The notes beneath the pieces are model-generated. The model saw only the letters and a program-made list of their open reading frames with translations, did not search any database and was not told where the DNA came from. 64,000 nt of DNA from an uncultured Lactobacillus sp. GTDB taxonomy: Bacteria > Bacillota > Bacilli > Lactobacillales > Lactobacillaceae. The first letter of the stretch is position 1. Each line of letters opens with the position of its first letter. The stretch covers positions 10,812 to 74,811 of the forward strand of contig NZ_CAMKZC010000008.1 in assembly GCF_946477725.1 (NCBI RefSeq), in the 5' to 3' direction. The position numbers and the translations under genes are program-made. Shown here piece by piece: positions 50,180 through 59,874 of this stretch.

Positions 50180-50575
50180 ATGATCTATATAGCTTGTGGC
50201 TCAATTATGTTAATAGTTGGGCTATTATGGCTCATTTCACCTCCGAAAAGACCTTGGCCGTTTTACGGATATTATTCGTACCTGGCTATAGTTAATAAAG
50301 CAAGTTTTAAATTTGCTCAGCATAAAGCAGGAGGTTATTTTATTATATTTGGTTTAATGCAATTATTATTAGGAGTTGGTATCCATTTACTTAAATGGGA
50401 TCGTTACTTTTTACTTTGGCTGCTGACATTTTATCTTTTCATTATCTTTCCAATCATGGCTACTGAAAAAAGTCTAAAAAAATTTTTGATAAATCGTCAT
50501 GAACTGCCAGCAGATTATATAGACCCTGACAAAGTAAAAAAGGAGAGAACAAAAGGATTTAGGGACAGAAAATGA
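50180..50575 (+). CDS. SdpI/YhfL-family small membrane protein
   Basis: 131 aa with 4 TM helices. The segment PPKRPWPFYGYYSYLAIVNKASFKFAQ resembles the SdpI-family signature. Its stop overlaps the response-regulator start (ATGA). Confidence 0.55.
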   Translation: MIYIACGSIMLIVGLLWLISPPKRPWPFYGYYSYLAIVNKASFKFAQHKAGGYFIIFGLMQLLLGVGIHLLKWDRYFLLWLLTFYLFIIFPIMATEKSLKKFLINRHELPADYIDPDKVKKERTKGFRDRK

Positions 50576-51291
50576 AACTGAAAATTTTAATGGTCGAGGA
50601 TGATCAGTCGGTTGCAGAAATGATGGGGATGTTTTTCGAAAAAGAAGGATGGTCCATGGATGTTGCCACTGATGGGGAACAAGCCGTTAAAATGTTTGCT
50701 GAGAATCCTGATCAATATGATTTGATCACTCTAGACCTTAATTTACCTAAAAAAGATGGCATAGAAGTTGCTAAAGAAGTTTGTGCAATCTCACCATCAA
50801 TTCCAATCATTATGCTTACTGCGCGCAGCAGTGAAGAAGAACAAATTCAAGGATTTAATGCTGGTGCCGACGACTATGTATCTAAGCCATTTAGTCCTTT
50901 GGCACTAATAGCACGTATTAAGGCTTTGCAACGCAGAATCAGAATTGATGATAAGCAGGAACAAACCAAAACAGCAGAATCCGGAGAAAAATTTGATGTG
51001 GTAACTAATCATATTAAAATTTCTACAAGCAGACGTGAAGTATTATATGACAATAAACATGTTCAAAATATTACACCAAAAGAATTTGATTTGTTATATA
51101 CCATGGCCCAGAAGCCAAAGCAGGTCTTTTCTCGTGAACAATTATTAGAATCTGTTTGGGGTTATAATTATTATGGTGAAGATCGCACCGTGGATGCACA
51201 TATTAAAAAATTGCGCCAAAAATTGGAAAAAGTAGGTGCAAATGTCATCCAAACCGTTTGGGGTGTTGGCTATAAATTTGATGATTCGTAG
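50572..51291 (+). CDS. OmpR-family response regulator
   Basis: The receiver domain has the DD pair, D at LITLDLNLP and K at SKPF. The C terminus is a winged helix (TVDAHIKKLRQKL...VWGVGYKF). Confidence 0.9.
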   Translation: MKLKILMVEDDQSVAEMMGMFFEKEGWSMDVATDGEQAVKMFAENPDQYDLITLDLNLPKKDGIEVAKEVCAISPSIPIIMLTARSSEEEQIQGFNAGADDYVSKPFSPLALIARIKALQRRIRIDDKQEQTKTAESGEKFDVVTNHIKISTSRREVLYDNKHVQNITPKEFDLLYTMAQKPKQVFSREQLLESVWGYNYYGEDRTVDAHIKKLRQKLEKVGANVIQTVWGVGYKFDDS

Positions 51292-51299
51292 GCTTTATT

Positions 51300-52751
51300 A
51301 TGAAGTTGATTTATCAGCATATGCTTAGTTTTTTACTAATCATTATTACTACGGTATCAATAATCGGTTTTTCTGAAATCAATAATACTACTCAGCAGTC
51401 ATATGAATATAATTATCGGCGAATGGAAGACTTTGCCGCGGCGTTAGGGACTTTGGCTACAAATGATAAAAAGGACGGAGCAGCAATGCTGAATCCCAAA
51501 TTTTTAAATAAGCTGGAATTTGTCCTTCATAGCGATAGGGTGTATCTTAGCGTTTTTGATGCACGTGGTTCACAAGTTTATCCTCAAAGAAATGATAAAA
51601 TTAAACTTACTCCTCATCGCCTGAGGCAATTAAAACATGGCAAGAAGTTACGTATTAAAAATAATAACGAAGCACTTTCCAGCTTAGGCTATAAAAAAGA
51701 TGCTTGTACTGGTGTACTTTTACCATGGAAGGATAAAGGCAAATTTATTGGAGCAATGTGGTTGGGAGTCAGAATTGCCCAAGTAGAGCGACCTGTAAGA
51801 ATTGCTAAGCAAAATCTCTTAAACGCGTTTGTTTTTGCCATAATTGTAGGTTTAGTACTTAGCTTAATCCTTTCTTATTATTCAACCAATAGAATTAAAA
51901 AGTTATCTATCGCTACCAAAAAAGTTACAGCAGGTGATTTTGATGTGCAGACACATTACAGTGGTCATGATGAAATAACTCAGCTGGCTGATAATTTTAA
52001 TCAGATGGTTCGGACTTTAAAAAAATCAAATCAAGAAGTGAAAGAGCAGGAAAAAAGGCGAGACCAGTTTATGGCTGATGCTGCTCATGAGATGCGCACG
52101 CCTTTGACTACGATCAATGGTATTTTAGAAGGCTTACAATATGATGCAATTCCTGATAAAGCTAAGCCCAAGTCTATTGCCTTGATGAGTAGAGAAACTA
52201 AACGTCTAATACGTTTAGTTAATGAAAATTTGGATTATGAAAAAATTCGTAATAATCAAATCAATTTAGTTAAAACGCGCTTTAACGCCAGAAAGACATT
52301 TGACGATGTAACAATGCAACTTAAGCAAAATGCTGCTAAAGCTGATGATACAATCTTTATCACTGCCCCAAAAAATCTACCTGTTTATGCAGATAAAGAT
52401 CGTTTTACCCAAATAATGGTTAATTTGGTACAGAATGCAATTCAGTTTACTGCTAACGGTAAAATTGAAATTAGCGGTTATAGAATTGCACACGCAACGG
52501 TAATTACGATTAAAGATAATGGTATTGGAATGAATCAGCAACAAATTAAATACGCTTTTGAAAGATACTTTAAGGCTGATCCCTCACGCAGTCGCTCTGG
52601 TAAAGGAGAATATGGTTTAGGATTATCTATAGTTTCTTCTTTAATCAAACAGCATGGTGGCAAAATTAGTGTCCAATCTGCAATAAATCAAGGAGCGGAA
52701 TTTACTATCGTGCTTTTTGACCAGGGCTATGAACAATATCTTGAAGATTAA
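51300..52751 (+). CDS. Sensor histidine kinase (two TM helices, HAMP, HisKA, HATPase_c)
   Basis: H-box AAHEMRTPLT, N-box LVQNAIQFT, and G-boxes DNGIGM and GLGLSIV. Confidence 0.9.
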   Translation: MKLIYQHMLSFLLIIITTVSIIGFSEINNTTQQSYEYNYRRMEDFAAALGTLATNDKKDGAAMLNPKFLNKLEFVLHSDRVYLSVFDARGSQVYPQRNDKIKLTPHRLRQLKHGKKLRIKNNNEALSSLGYKKDACTGVLLPWKDKGKFIGAMWLGVRIAQVERPVRIAKQNLLNAFVFAIIVGLVLSLILSYYSTNRIKKLSIATKKVTAGDFDVQTHYSGHDEITQLADNFNQMVRTLKKSNQEVKEQEKRRDQFMADAAHEMRTPLTTINGILEGLQYDAIPDKAKPKSIALMSRETKRLIRLVNENLDYEKIRNNQINLVKTRFNARKTFDDVTMQLKQNAAKADDTIFITAPKNLPVYADKDRFTQIMVNLVQNAIQFTANGKIEISGYRIAHATVITIKDNGIGMNQQQIKYAFERYFKADPSRSRSGKGEYGLGLSIVSSLIKQHGGKISVQSAINQGAEFTIVLFDQGYEQYLED

Positions 52752-52785
52752 AAAATCATTTCCTTTTTTGGAAATGATTTTTTAT
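52751..52785. terminator. Bidirectional intrinsic terminator
   Basis: AAATCATTTCC (52753-52763), loop TTTTTT, GGAAATGATTT (52770-52780). Flanked by A5 and T5 runs. Confidence 0.75.
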
Positions 52786-52794
52786 GTTTATGAC

Positions 52795-53661
52795 CTATTT
52801 GTCATTTTTAGTTGTTTCGTGCCAAACTTTTGCAGTTACAGGAATTGAACCAAGATTAGTCATTTCATCTTTATCTACCACAATTAGATTATTGGGACCT
52901 TTAGCTAAATTATTGAAACTGTCTAAGCTTTGATTCTTAAAATAGCCATCACTGGCTTTTGCTAAGGTCAATTGTAACTGGTTAATGCGATACGCTTCTG
53001 CGTCTGCTTCGGTTTTAACAGCTTCAGCTTTGGCCTTTGCTGTAGCAATCAGAGCGTCATTTTTAGCTTTGGTAGTTAATTCAATATTTTTAGCTTCACC
53101 TTCCGCCTTTTCAATAGCTGCTATTTTTTCACGGTCTGCAGTAAGCTGCTTATCCATTGCTCTTTGAATCTCTGGACTAGGTAAAAGTTCATCAATATTG
53201 ACCCGAACGACCCGAATGCCATAAATGTCTGTTAAATCGCCAATAGCTTCTGAAAGTTGAGTGTTAATGCTGCTAGTTGAGCCTAAGGCGTCGTTTAAGT
53301 CCATTCTTCCGATGATGTCACGCAAGTGTCCCCGAATGAGTTCGACCATAGATTTAACTGAATCCGTGTTGTTGTAAAAATATTTGTAAGAGTCTGTCAC
53401 CAAATAGTTTAAGGTTAGACTAGTAGTGATTTCTGCATTGTCTTTAGTAATAATTGAATATTTGGAGATTTCTGCGGGAAACATTGCCAGTGAGACCTTG
53501 CGTAATCTCTGAAGTACTGGAATAATCAGTACTAATCCCGCTTTTACGGTTCTAGAATACTTCCCCAGTGTTTCTATTAGACCTTCATTATTTTGAGGTA
53601 CAACCCGACAGCAGGAGAGTAATAAAATTACAATAATTAAAATAATCACTAAATAAAGCAT
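52795..53661 (-). CDS. SPFH/band-7 (stomatin-like) membrane protein
   Basis: N-terminal TM helix, an SPFH core (VPQNNEGLIETLGKYSRTVKAGL...) and an Ala/Glu/Lys-rich coiled-coil tail. Confidence 0.8.
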   Translation of the reverse strand: MLYLVIILIIVILLLSCCRVVPQNNEGLIETLGKYSRTVKAGLVLIIPVLQRLRKVSLAMFPAEISKYSIITKDNAEITTSLTLNYLVTDSYKYFYNNTDSVKSMVELIRGHLRDIIGRMDLNDALGSTSSINTQLSEAIGDLTDIYGIRVVRVNIDELLPSPEIQRAMDKQLTADREKIAAIEKAEGEAKNIELTTKAKNDALIATAKAKAEAVKTEADAEAYRINQLQLTLAKASDGYFKNQSLDSFNNLAKGPNNLIVVDKDEMTNLGSIPVTAKVWHETTKNDK

Positions 53662-53687
53662 TTTAGTCCTCCAAAGATTCCAAATTT

Positions 53688-55889
53688 TTATTTTTCTTTA
53701 TTATATGACTTTTTATTCTTTTTACTAGATTTATTTTTCTTTTCAGTTAAGTGATTACCAGAAACAGATTCAGGAATGGTAGTAATTTCTTCTTCACGTC
53801 CCTTTAATTCAATGGCATCTGTCTTATACAAACCAGTAGTAGATTTGCGGTGTTTACTTATCAGTGCAGTTGATTTATTTTTTAACTGCTGTCTAATATT
53901 TTCCATTTGTTTAAAATTAGTTAAGTAGTCAAACTCAGTTGGGTCAACCGGTTTAAAACCGCTGGGGGTGTAAAATCTTAACAAATTATGATTATTTAAT
54001 AAGTCTGAATATTTTAATGATTTTTTACCTTCCTTTGCCAATTCGTTTATTTCATATTTTTCTTGTTCAGTAAAATTGATAATTTGTTTGCCGCTTTTAC
54101 GGTCATAGACTACTCCTTTAAGGCCCTTACCACCAATAATGACGTACTTTTGACTGACAATAGTGCCGTTTCTAAAAACAACCCACGGGCGATATTTAGG
54201 AGCTAACAGATCATGACCAAATTGAATATAATTACGGTTGGAAATGCCTAAGAGATGAAGTATTGTTGGCAAAACATCAATTTCACCAGCGACTTCGTGT
54301 TTAATTTTTCCTTTGAGATTGGGTGCATGGATCATGAAAGGCACACGCTGCATTTGTACGTTATTGAAAGTATTCCAAGTATCAGAGCTCTCACCCACAA
54401 TCGGCGCTAAAGTTTCATTCTCCGAATTAGTTAAGCCGTAATGATCGCCATAGATCACTACCATAGTGTTTTTTATCAAACCCGATTTCTTTAAGTAATC
54501 AAAAAATTCGCGAATGGATTGATCCAGATAGTGGGCTGTTTCAAAGTAATTGTTAATTGACTTGTCCGAAGTATCACTGGTTTTAAACGTTGGATCCAGA
54601 TCTTCTTCATCCATATCAAACGGTGTGTGATTAGTTACGGTGATGAATTTAGTATAAAAAGGTTGCTGCATTCTTTCTAAATATTTAATACTTTCAGCAA
54701 ACAATATTTTGTCTTTAATACCGTAGCCAATGTGGTCGTTTTTATCATGGCTAAAGTAATTTTGGTCAAAGAAATAATTATAGCCCAGATTTTTATAAAC
54801 ATCATCGCGGTTCCAAAAAGAACCGACATTGCCGTGAAAAACCGCTGACGTATAGTTGCCGTGTTGACGTAAAATCTGTGGAGCAGCCTGAAAGGTGTTT
54901 GAACTGCCCATCGCTGTAAATAAAGAGCCATCAGAAATACCGTATGTGCCAGTTTCCAGCATGTTCTCCGCATCACTGGTACGACCAATACCGACTTGAT
55001 GGTAAAAATTGGCAAAACTCAAAGTGTGTTTGTCGTGATAAATTGAATTGAGGTAAGGTGTGACCTCTTTTCCGTTAATTTTCAGATCAATCAAAAATTG
55101 TTGAAAGCTCTCAAGATGAATAATAATAACATTTTTGCCCTTTTCTTTACCAAAGTACTCTGGATTTGCGGGCAATTTATTTCTTTGGTTATAAGTCAAA
55201 ATTTTGTTTAAATCGGCAGTATTGGCATTTCTATTTACTTGTTCCGTTTGTTCATTCTTAATACCATCATAGACAGTATAAGTATTAATACCGAGGTACT
55301 TGACAATGTATGAACGATCAAAAGTTGTCCCTAATAACCTTGGTCTGGATGATTCGGCCAGAAAAATATTTAGAACCAAAACTAAACTACCGACAGAAGT
55401 AACAGCAAAAGGGGTAAGAAGCCCAAAAGATTTTTGATCAATTTTTATTTTGTGGGTGATTAATAATGCAACTACAACGATAAGATCAAGCCACAATAAC
55501 AGATCGGAAGGCTGAAGTAGTGCTACAGCACTTTTTCCCAAACCTGGAGCGACTTTACCGGCATTAGTTATGGTCTTGACAGTAATAAAATCAGAGAATT
55601 GACGGTAATAAAGAATATTTGCAAATAACAATCCTGAATTTGCGACATCAAGTAGCAGCATGGCGCAATAAGAAACAAGCGGCTTGGAAAAATAAAGTCC
55701 AATGCTAATTAGTAAAATAGCGCTGCCAACCGGACTCAGCCACATTATAAAATGTTGATAGGGGTCGGAAATACCCAAGTTGAAATCATGATAGGCGGCA
55801 AAAATGTATTTCAGTGTAAATAAAACAACCAGAAGGCAAAAAAAGCCTATACGAGTCTGAATGAAATTGGTCAGATTTTTTTTATTCAA
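53688..55889 (-). CDS. ltaS: Lipoteichoic acid synthase family protein (LtaS-like sulfatase-domain enzyme)
   Basis: Five N-terminal TM helices plus an extracellular sulfatase-like domain (HLESFQ, GRTSDAE, YGDH). At 733 aa it ends in a Lys/Ser-rich tail. Confidence 0.82.
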   Translation of the reverse strand: MNKKNLTNFIQTRIGFFCLLVVLFTLKYIFAAYHDFNLGISDPYQHFIMWLSPVGSAILLISIGLYFSKPLVSYCAMLLLDVANSGLLFANILYYRQFSDFITVKTITNAGKVAPGLGKSAVALLQPSDLLLWLDLIVVVALLITHKIKIDQKSFGLLTPFAVTSVGSLVLVLNIFLAESSRPRLLGTTFDRSYIVKYLGINTYTVYDGIKNEQTEQVNRNANTADLNKILTYNQRNKLPANPEYFGKEKGKNVIIIHLESFQQFLIDLKINGKEVTPYLNSIYHDKHTLSFANFYHQVGIGRTSDAENMLETGTYGISDGSLFTAMGSSNTFQAAPQILRQHGNYTSAVFHGNVGSFWNRDDVYKNLGYNYFFDQNYFSHDKNDHIGYGIKDKILFAESIKYLERMQQPFYTKFITVTNHTPFDMDEEDLDPTFKTSDTSDKSINNYFETAHYLDQSIREFFDYLKKSGLIKNTMVVIYGDHYGLTNSENETLAPIVGESSDTWNTFNNVQMQRVPFMIHAPNLKGKIKHEVAGEIDVLPTILHLLGISNRNYIQFGHDLLAPKYRPWVVFRNGTIVSQKYVIIGGKGLKGVVYDRKSGKQIINFTEQEKYEINELAKEGKKSLKYSDLLNNHNLLRFYTPSGFKPVDPTEFDYLTNFKQMENIRQQLKNKSTALISKHRKSTTGLYKTDAIELKGREEEITTIPESVSGNHLTEKKNKSSKKNKKSYNKEK

Positions 55890-56030
55890 AATGAACTCTC
55901 CCTTATCAGACTATTTTAAAAGTTTCTGGACTTTTAGACAATCTTTTCCAAATAGTTAGACCTTTTTTAATAATTAAACAGGAAATTTGAGTATAATTTA
56001 AATGAACTCTATTTTAGGAACTGAACCAGT

Positions 56031-56657
56031 ATGATATTTTTAGGACCAATATATAACCAGCTTTCACAACTTTATGCGACCAAAATAAATCATTTTGCTT
56101 TGATTAAGCTAATCATGTTGGCACTTGATAAAACTCTTTTTTACTTTTTATTTTTTATGGTAATGCGTTTAATTTGGCTGATGACTATTAGAAGCAGACG
56201 CACTGTAAAGTCAGAAGCGGCAGTATGGCTATTTGCTTTTTATTTGATATTAGTTTTAATGTTGACGACTTTTCGCAATACGTATTTTCCTTGGAATCTA
56301 ACCTTAAACCTTCACAGGCCTCTTAATGAAATTAATTTTGTCTTTCTCAGGGAAACGTGGAAAATGTATCACGCTCAAAGTAGGCTTGATTTTTTTTATA
56401 ATTCTTTGGGTAACATTCTTTGTTTTGTACCTTTTGGCTTTTTGTCACCATTTGTTTTTCCCAAAAAGCAAACGTTCTGGCGGGTTTTATTAGCCGGAAT
56501 TATTTTTTCGGTTTTCATTGAAGGGATGCAATTTTTGCTTGAAACTGGAGTGACCGATATTGATGATGTGTTCTTTAATAGTTGCGGCACGGCGGTTGGC
56601 TATTTTGGTTACTTGCTCATTATGTTAATCAGGAGAAAGTCTCGTAAAACTAACTAA
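56031..56657 (+). CDS. VanZ-family membrane protein
   Basis: 208 aa. Contains NILCFVPFGFL and TGVTDIDDVFFNSCGTAVGY, which are typical of VanZ-like proteins. Confidence 0.7.
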   Translation: MIFLGPIYNQLSQLYATKINHFALIKLIMLALDKTLFYFLFFMVMRLIWLMTIRSRRTVKSEAAVWLFAFYLILVLMLTTFRNTYFPWNLTLNLHRPLNEINFVFLRETWKMYHAQSRLDFFYNSLGNILCFVPFGFLSPFVFPKKQTFWRVLLAGIIFSVFIEGMQFLLETGVTDIDDVFFNSCGTAVGYFGYLLIMLIRRKSRKTN

Positions 56658-56736
56658 AAGGTCTGGCATTTATAAAATAAGATTGCTAAAATGTTCTTGT
56701 GAAAGAAGTATTTAATTCAGTAAGGAGAGCGTAAAT

Positions 56737-58086
56737 ATGAGTTTAATTAAATTTGATAGCACCAAATTAACCCCATTTGTTCATAAAAATGAACTAAGTG
56801 AAATGCAGGCTATTGTTGATGCTTCTGCTAAAGAGCTTAAAGATGGCACAGGTGCAGGTAATGATTTTCTAGGCTGGATTGATCTGCCAGTTAATTATGA
56901 CCAGGATGAGTTTGCCAGAATTAAAAAAGCCGCTAAAAAGATTCAAAGTGATTCTGAAGTATTGGTATGTATCGGAATAGGTGGTTCTTACTTAGGTGCT
57001 CAAGCTGCCGTTGAATTTTTGAATGGTGCGTTTTACGGTAAGGGTAAAGAAAAATATCCTACTATTGTTTTTTGCGGCAATTCATTGTCCGGCTCATACT
57101 TACATGACTTAATCGAGTGGGTTGGCGATAAGGACTTTAGCGTAAATATTATTTCTAAGTCTGGTACAACTACTGAACCAGCTGTTGCTTTCCGCATTTT
57201 TAAAGATAAATTAATTAAAAAATATGGTGAAGAAGAGGCTAAGACCAGAATTTTTGCTACCACCGATAAGGCTAAAGGAGCATTGAAGACTGAGGCAGAC
57301 GCTGAAGGCTACGAAGAATTTGTTGTGCCGGACGATATTGGTGGTCGTTACAGCGTTTTGTCGGCTGTGGGTCTTTTACCAATAGCTGTTTCTGGAGCTG
57401 ATATTGATGAGTTGATGAAAGGTGCTGCTGATGCCAGAGCCGATTACACCGATACAGACTTGAGTAAAGCAACCCCTTATCAATATGCTGCATTGCGTAA
57501 TATTTTGTATCGCAAGGGTTACACTACTGAAATAGTTGAAAATTACGAACCAACTTTAAGAATGTTTAGTGAATGGTGCAAACAATTAATGGGTGAATCT
57601 GAAGGTAAGGATAATAAAGGTATTTGGCCAGCAAGCGCCAATTTCACTACCGACCTTCATTCATTAGGACAATATATTCAAGAAGGCAGAAGAAACCTCT
57701 TTGAAACTGTTATTAGAGTTGAGAACCCCACAAATGATGTCGAAATTCCTTCTGATGATCGCAATTTAGACCAGCTGAATTTCTTATCCGGTAAGAGTTT
57801 AAACTTTGTCAATGAACGTGCTTATGAGGGTGTTGTTCTGGCTCACACAGATGGTGGAGTACCGGTAATGACAGTTAATATACCAGATCAAACTGAACAT
57901 ACTTTAGGCTACTTAATTTACTTCTTTGAGTTGGCTATTGCTGTTTCTGGTTATGTCAATGGCATTAATCCATTCAACCAGCCAGGCGTTGAAGAATATA
58001 AGCGTAATATGTTTGGTTTGCTTAACAAACCAGGTTATGAAGAATTACACGATGACCTAGCTAATAGATTTAAACAGGAAAACTAA
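56737..58086 (+). CDS. pgi: Glucose-6-phosphate isomerase
   Basis: 449 aa. Motifs [25 protein letters not shown] and GESEGK are present. Confidence 0.95.
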   Translation: MSLIKFDSTKLTPFVHKNELSEMQAIVDASAKELKDGTGAGNDFLGWIDLPVNYDQDEFARIKKAAKKIQSDSEVLVCIGIGGSYLGAQAAVEFLNGAFYGKGKEKYPTIVFCGNSLSGSYLHDLIEWVGDKDFSVNIISKSGTTTEPAVAFRIFKDKLIKKYGEEEAKTRIFATTDKAKGALKTEADAEGYEEFVVPDDIGGRYSVLSAVGLLPIAVSGADIDELMKGAADARADYTDTDLSKATPYQYAALRNILYRKGYTTEIVENYEPTLRMFSEWCKQLMGESEGKDNKGIWPASANFTTDLHSLGQYIQEGRRNLFETVIRVENPTNDVEIPSDDRNLDQLNFLSGKSLNFVNERAYEGVVLAHTDGGVPVMTVNIPDQTEHTLGYLIYFFELAIAVSGYVNGINPFNQPGVEEYKRNMFGLLNKPGYEELHDDLANRFKQEN

Positions 58087-58180
58087 TTTTTATTTATTGC
58101 AACTTCTTTTAAATAAGACTAACATAAATATATAAAGATCATCCTGTACATCATATATAGTGATATTTAATCATAATGGA

Positions 58181-58216
58181 AAGGGTAAAAGTTTTATGAC
58201 TTTTAACCCTTTTTTA
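58181..58216 (+). terminator. Strong hairpin plus T-run; the pgi terminator and/or an attenuator abutting the SD of the MFS gene
   Basis: AAGGGTAAAAGT (58181-58192) pairs with ACTTTTAACCCTT (58199-58211) with one bulge, followed by a T-run. The AAGGAG SD of the next gene begins 3 nt later. Confidence 0.6.
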
Positions 58217-58230
58217 TTAAGGAGAAATAT

Positions 58231-59619
58231 ATGGAAGAAAAAAGAGAGACACCAAAACGGGTTTTGGCGATTATCAGTTGTGCTTTAATGGCTTTTGTTT
58301 CAATACTAACTGAAACTAGCTTAAATGTTACTTTTCCCACTTTAATGAAACAATTTCATATCGGTTTGGGATTAGTTCAGTGGACTACAACTGGCTACTT
58401 ACTGACAATTTCTGTAATTATGGTTGCGAGTTCATATTTGAATGATCGTTTTTCCGCGAGACAATTATTTTTAACTGCTGCAATTGCTTTTATTGCCGGA
58501 TCGGTTGTAGCGGGCTTTGCGACTAATTTTGGGGTCTTACTGGCAGGTCGCTTAATTTCGTCAATCGGTGCTGGTCTTTCAATTCCATTAATGTTCAACA
58601 TGGTTGTTGAACTGATGCCGCAAGAAAAATGGGGCTTTTACATGGGACTAACAGGCTTAGTTATTATACTTGCACCATCTTTGGGACCTACCTTTGGTGG
58701 CACTGTGGTTTACTATTTTGGCTGGCCTCTAATATTTGAAATTGTAGCTATAATTGCAGTAATCATCATGATCTTGGGCTTATTTGTGGTAGAACAATAC
58801 CATGAGAAAAAGCATCCCAGTTTTGATTGGTTAAGCTATATCGTTATTGCCAGTGCAATGATTATTTTTAACTTAGGCTTTAATCGCATTAGTAATGGTT
58901 TAACAGATATCGGCTTTTGGCTCAGCATGGTAGTAGTGGCCATTTTAGTATACATATTTATTAAACTCTCACGCTCAAGTAAGAAGAAATTAATAAACTT
59001 GAGTATTTTCAAAAATAAACCCTTTATTTTTGCTATGATTTCCTATCTGTTACTTCAGTTTATTAATATTGGCACCAGTTTTGCCGTTCCTAACTACGTG
59101 CAGATTGTTAATCACGCTAGTTCTCTTGTTGGTGGTTTAGTTTTACTTCCGGGATGTATTATTAGTGGTATCTTAAATCCGTGGTTTGGACGTATTTATG
59201 ATAAAAAGGGTGCACCGTTACCTTTGTTGACCGGAACAGTATTTTGTTTAACAGCATGTCTGCTTTTTGCGATTTTTAGCTTAAAAATTAGTACAGTGAT
59301 GGTCGGAGTCTTTTACGGAATTATGATTATTGGTCGCCAAATGGCGTTTAACAACACAATGGCTGAGGCCTCAAAACTGCAACCAGAAGAATTGCATACT
59401 GATGCTACCGCAGTCTTTCAAACTGGCCAGCAATATGCTGGCTCAATGGGGACTACCGTAATGGCTGCCATTATTTCTTCTTGGCAAAAAAGACCGGGCA
59501 ATTATGCTGCACTCACTGCTCAAGGAAGTCAAGAAGCCTTTCTATTTTTGACGTTTGTCAGTGTCATAATTTTACTAAGTTATTTAAACTTGTTTAGACT
59601 TGAGCAAAAAATGAGATAA
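58231..59619 (+). CDS. MFS transporter, DHA2 (14-TM) type; paralog of 11618..13015
   Basis: 462 aa. The N-terminal region can be aligned by eye with the other DHA2 protein (NVTFPTLMKQFH...VQWTTTGYLL versus NVTFPVLMNDFH...VQWMTTGYLL). Confidence 0.85.
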   Translation: MEEKRETPKRVLAIISCALMAFVSILTETSLNVTFPTLMKQFHIGLGLVQWTTTGYLLTISVIMVASSYLNDRFSARQLFLTAAIAFIAGSVVAGFATNFGVLLAGRLISSIGAGLSIPLMFNMVVELMPQEKWGFYMGLTGLVIILAPSLGPTFGGTVVYYFGWPLIFEIVAIIAVIIMILGLFVVEQYHEKKHPSFDWLSYIVIASAMIIFNLGFNRISNGLTDIGFWLSMVVVAILVYIFIKLSRSSKKKLINLSIFKNKPFIFAMISYLLLQFINIGTSFAVPNYVQIVNHASSLVGGLVLLPGCIISGILNPWFGRIYDKKGAPLPLLTGTVFCLTACLLFAIFSLKISTVMVGVFYGIMIIGRQMAFNNTMAEASKLQPEELHTDATAVFQTGQQYAGSMGTTVMAAIISSWQKRPGNYAALTAQGSQEAFLFLTFVSVIILLSYLNLFRLEQKMR

Positions 59620-59646
59620 ATAATTAAATAGTTTCGTTAATTGCTG

Positions 59647-59680
59647 TAACTTCATTTGCAATAAATGAAGTTATTTTTTT
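59647..59680 (+). terminator. Intrinsic terminator
   Basis: TAACTTCATTT, loop gcaat, AAATGAAGTTA, then T7. Confidence 0.75.
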
Positions 59681-59778
59681 GCCAGATAATTAACATTAAA
59701 ATAAATTAACATTTTAGTGTACATTTTTAAATAAAATGATAAAATACTTAATAATTAATTTTAAGGGAGGAAAAAGCA

Positions 59779-59847
59779 ATGAGACGAATTAGCAATCAGC
59801 ATATTTCGATTTTGTCACAAATTATTTTGCTGACAAAGCATACTTAA
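59779..59847 (+). CDS. Candidate 22-aa small ORF (MRRISNQHISILSQIILLTKHT)
   Basis: GGGAGG (59765-59770) lies 8 nt before the ATG at 59779, and TAA is at 59845-59847. The ORF ends 27 nt before the EIIC-like gene. It is too short for the ORF track. Confidence 0.3.
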   Translation: MRRISNQHISILSQIILLTKHT

Positions 59848-59874
59848 GAACTATTTAATTAAAGGAGTATAAAT

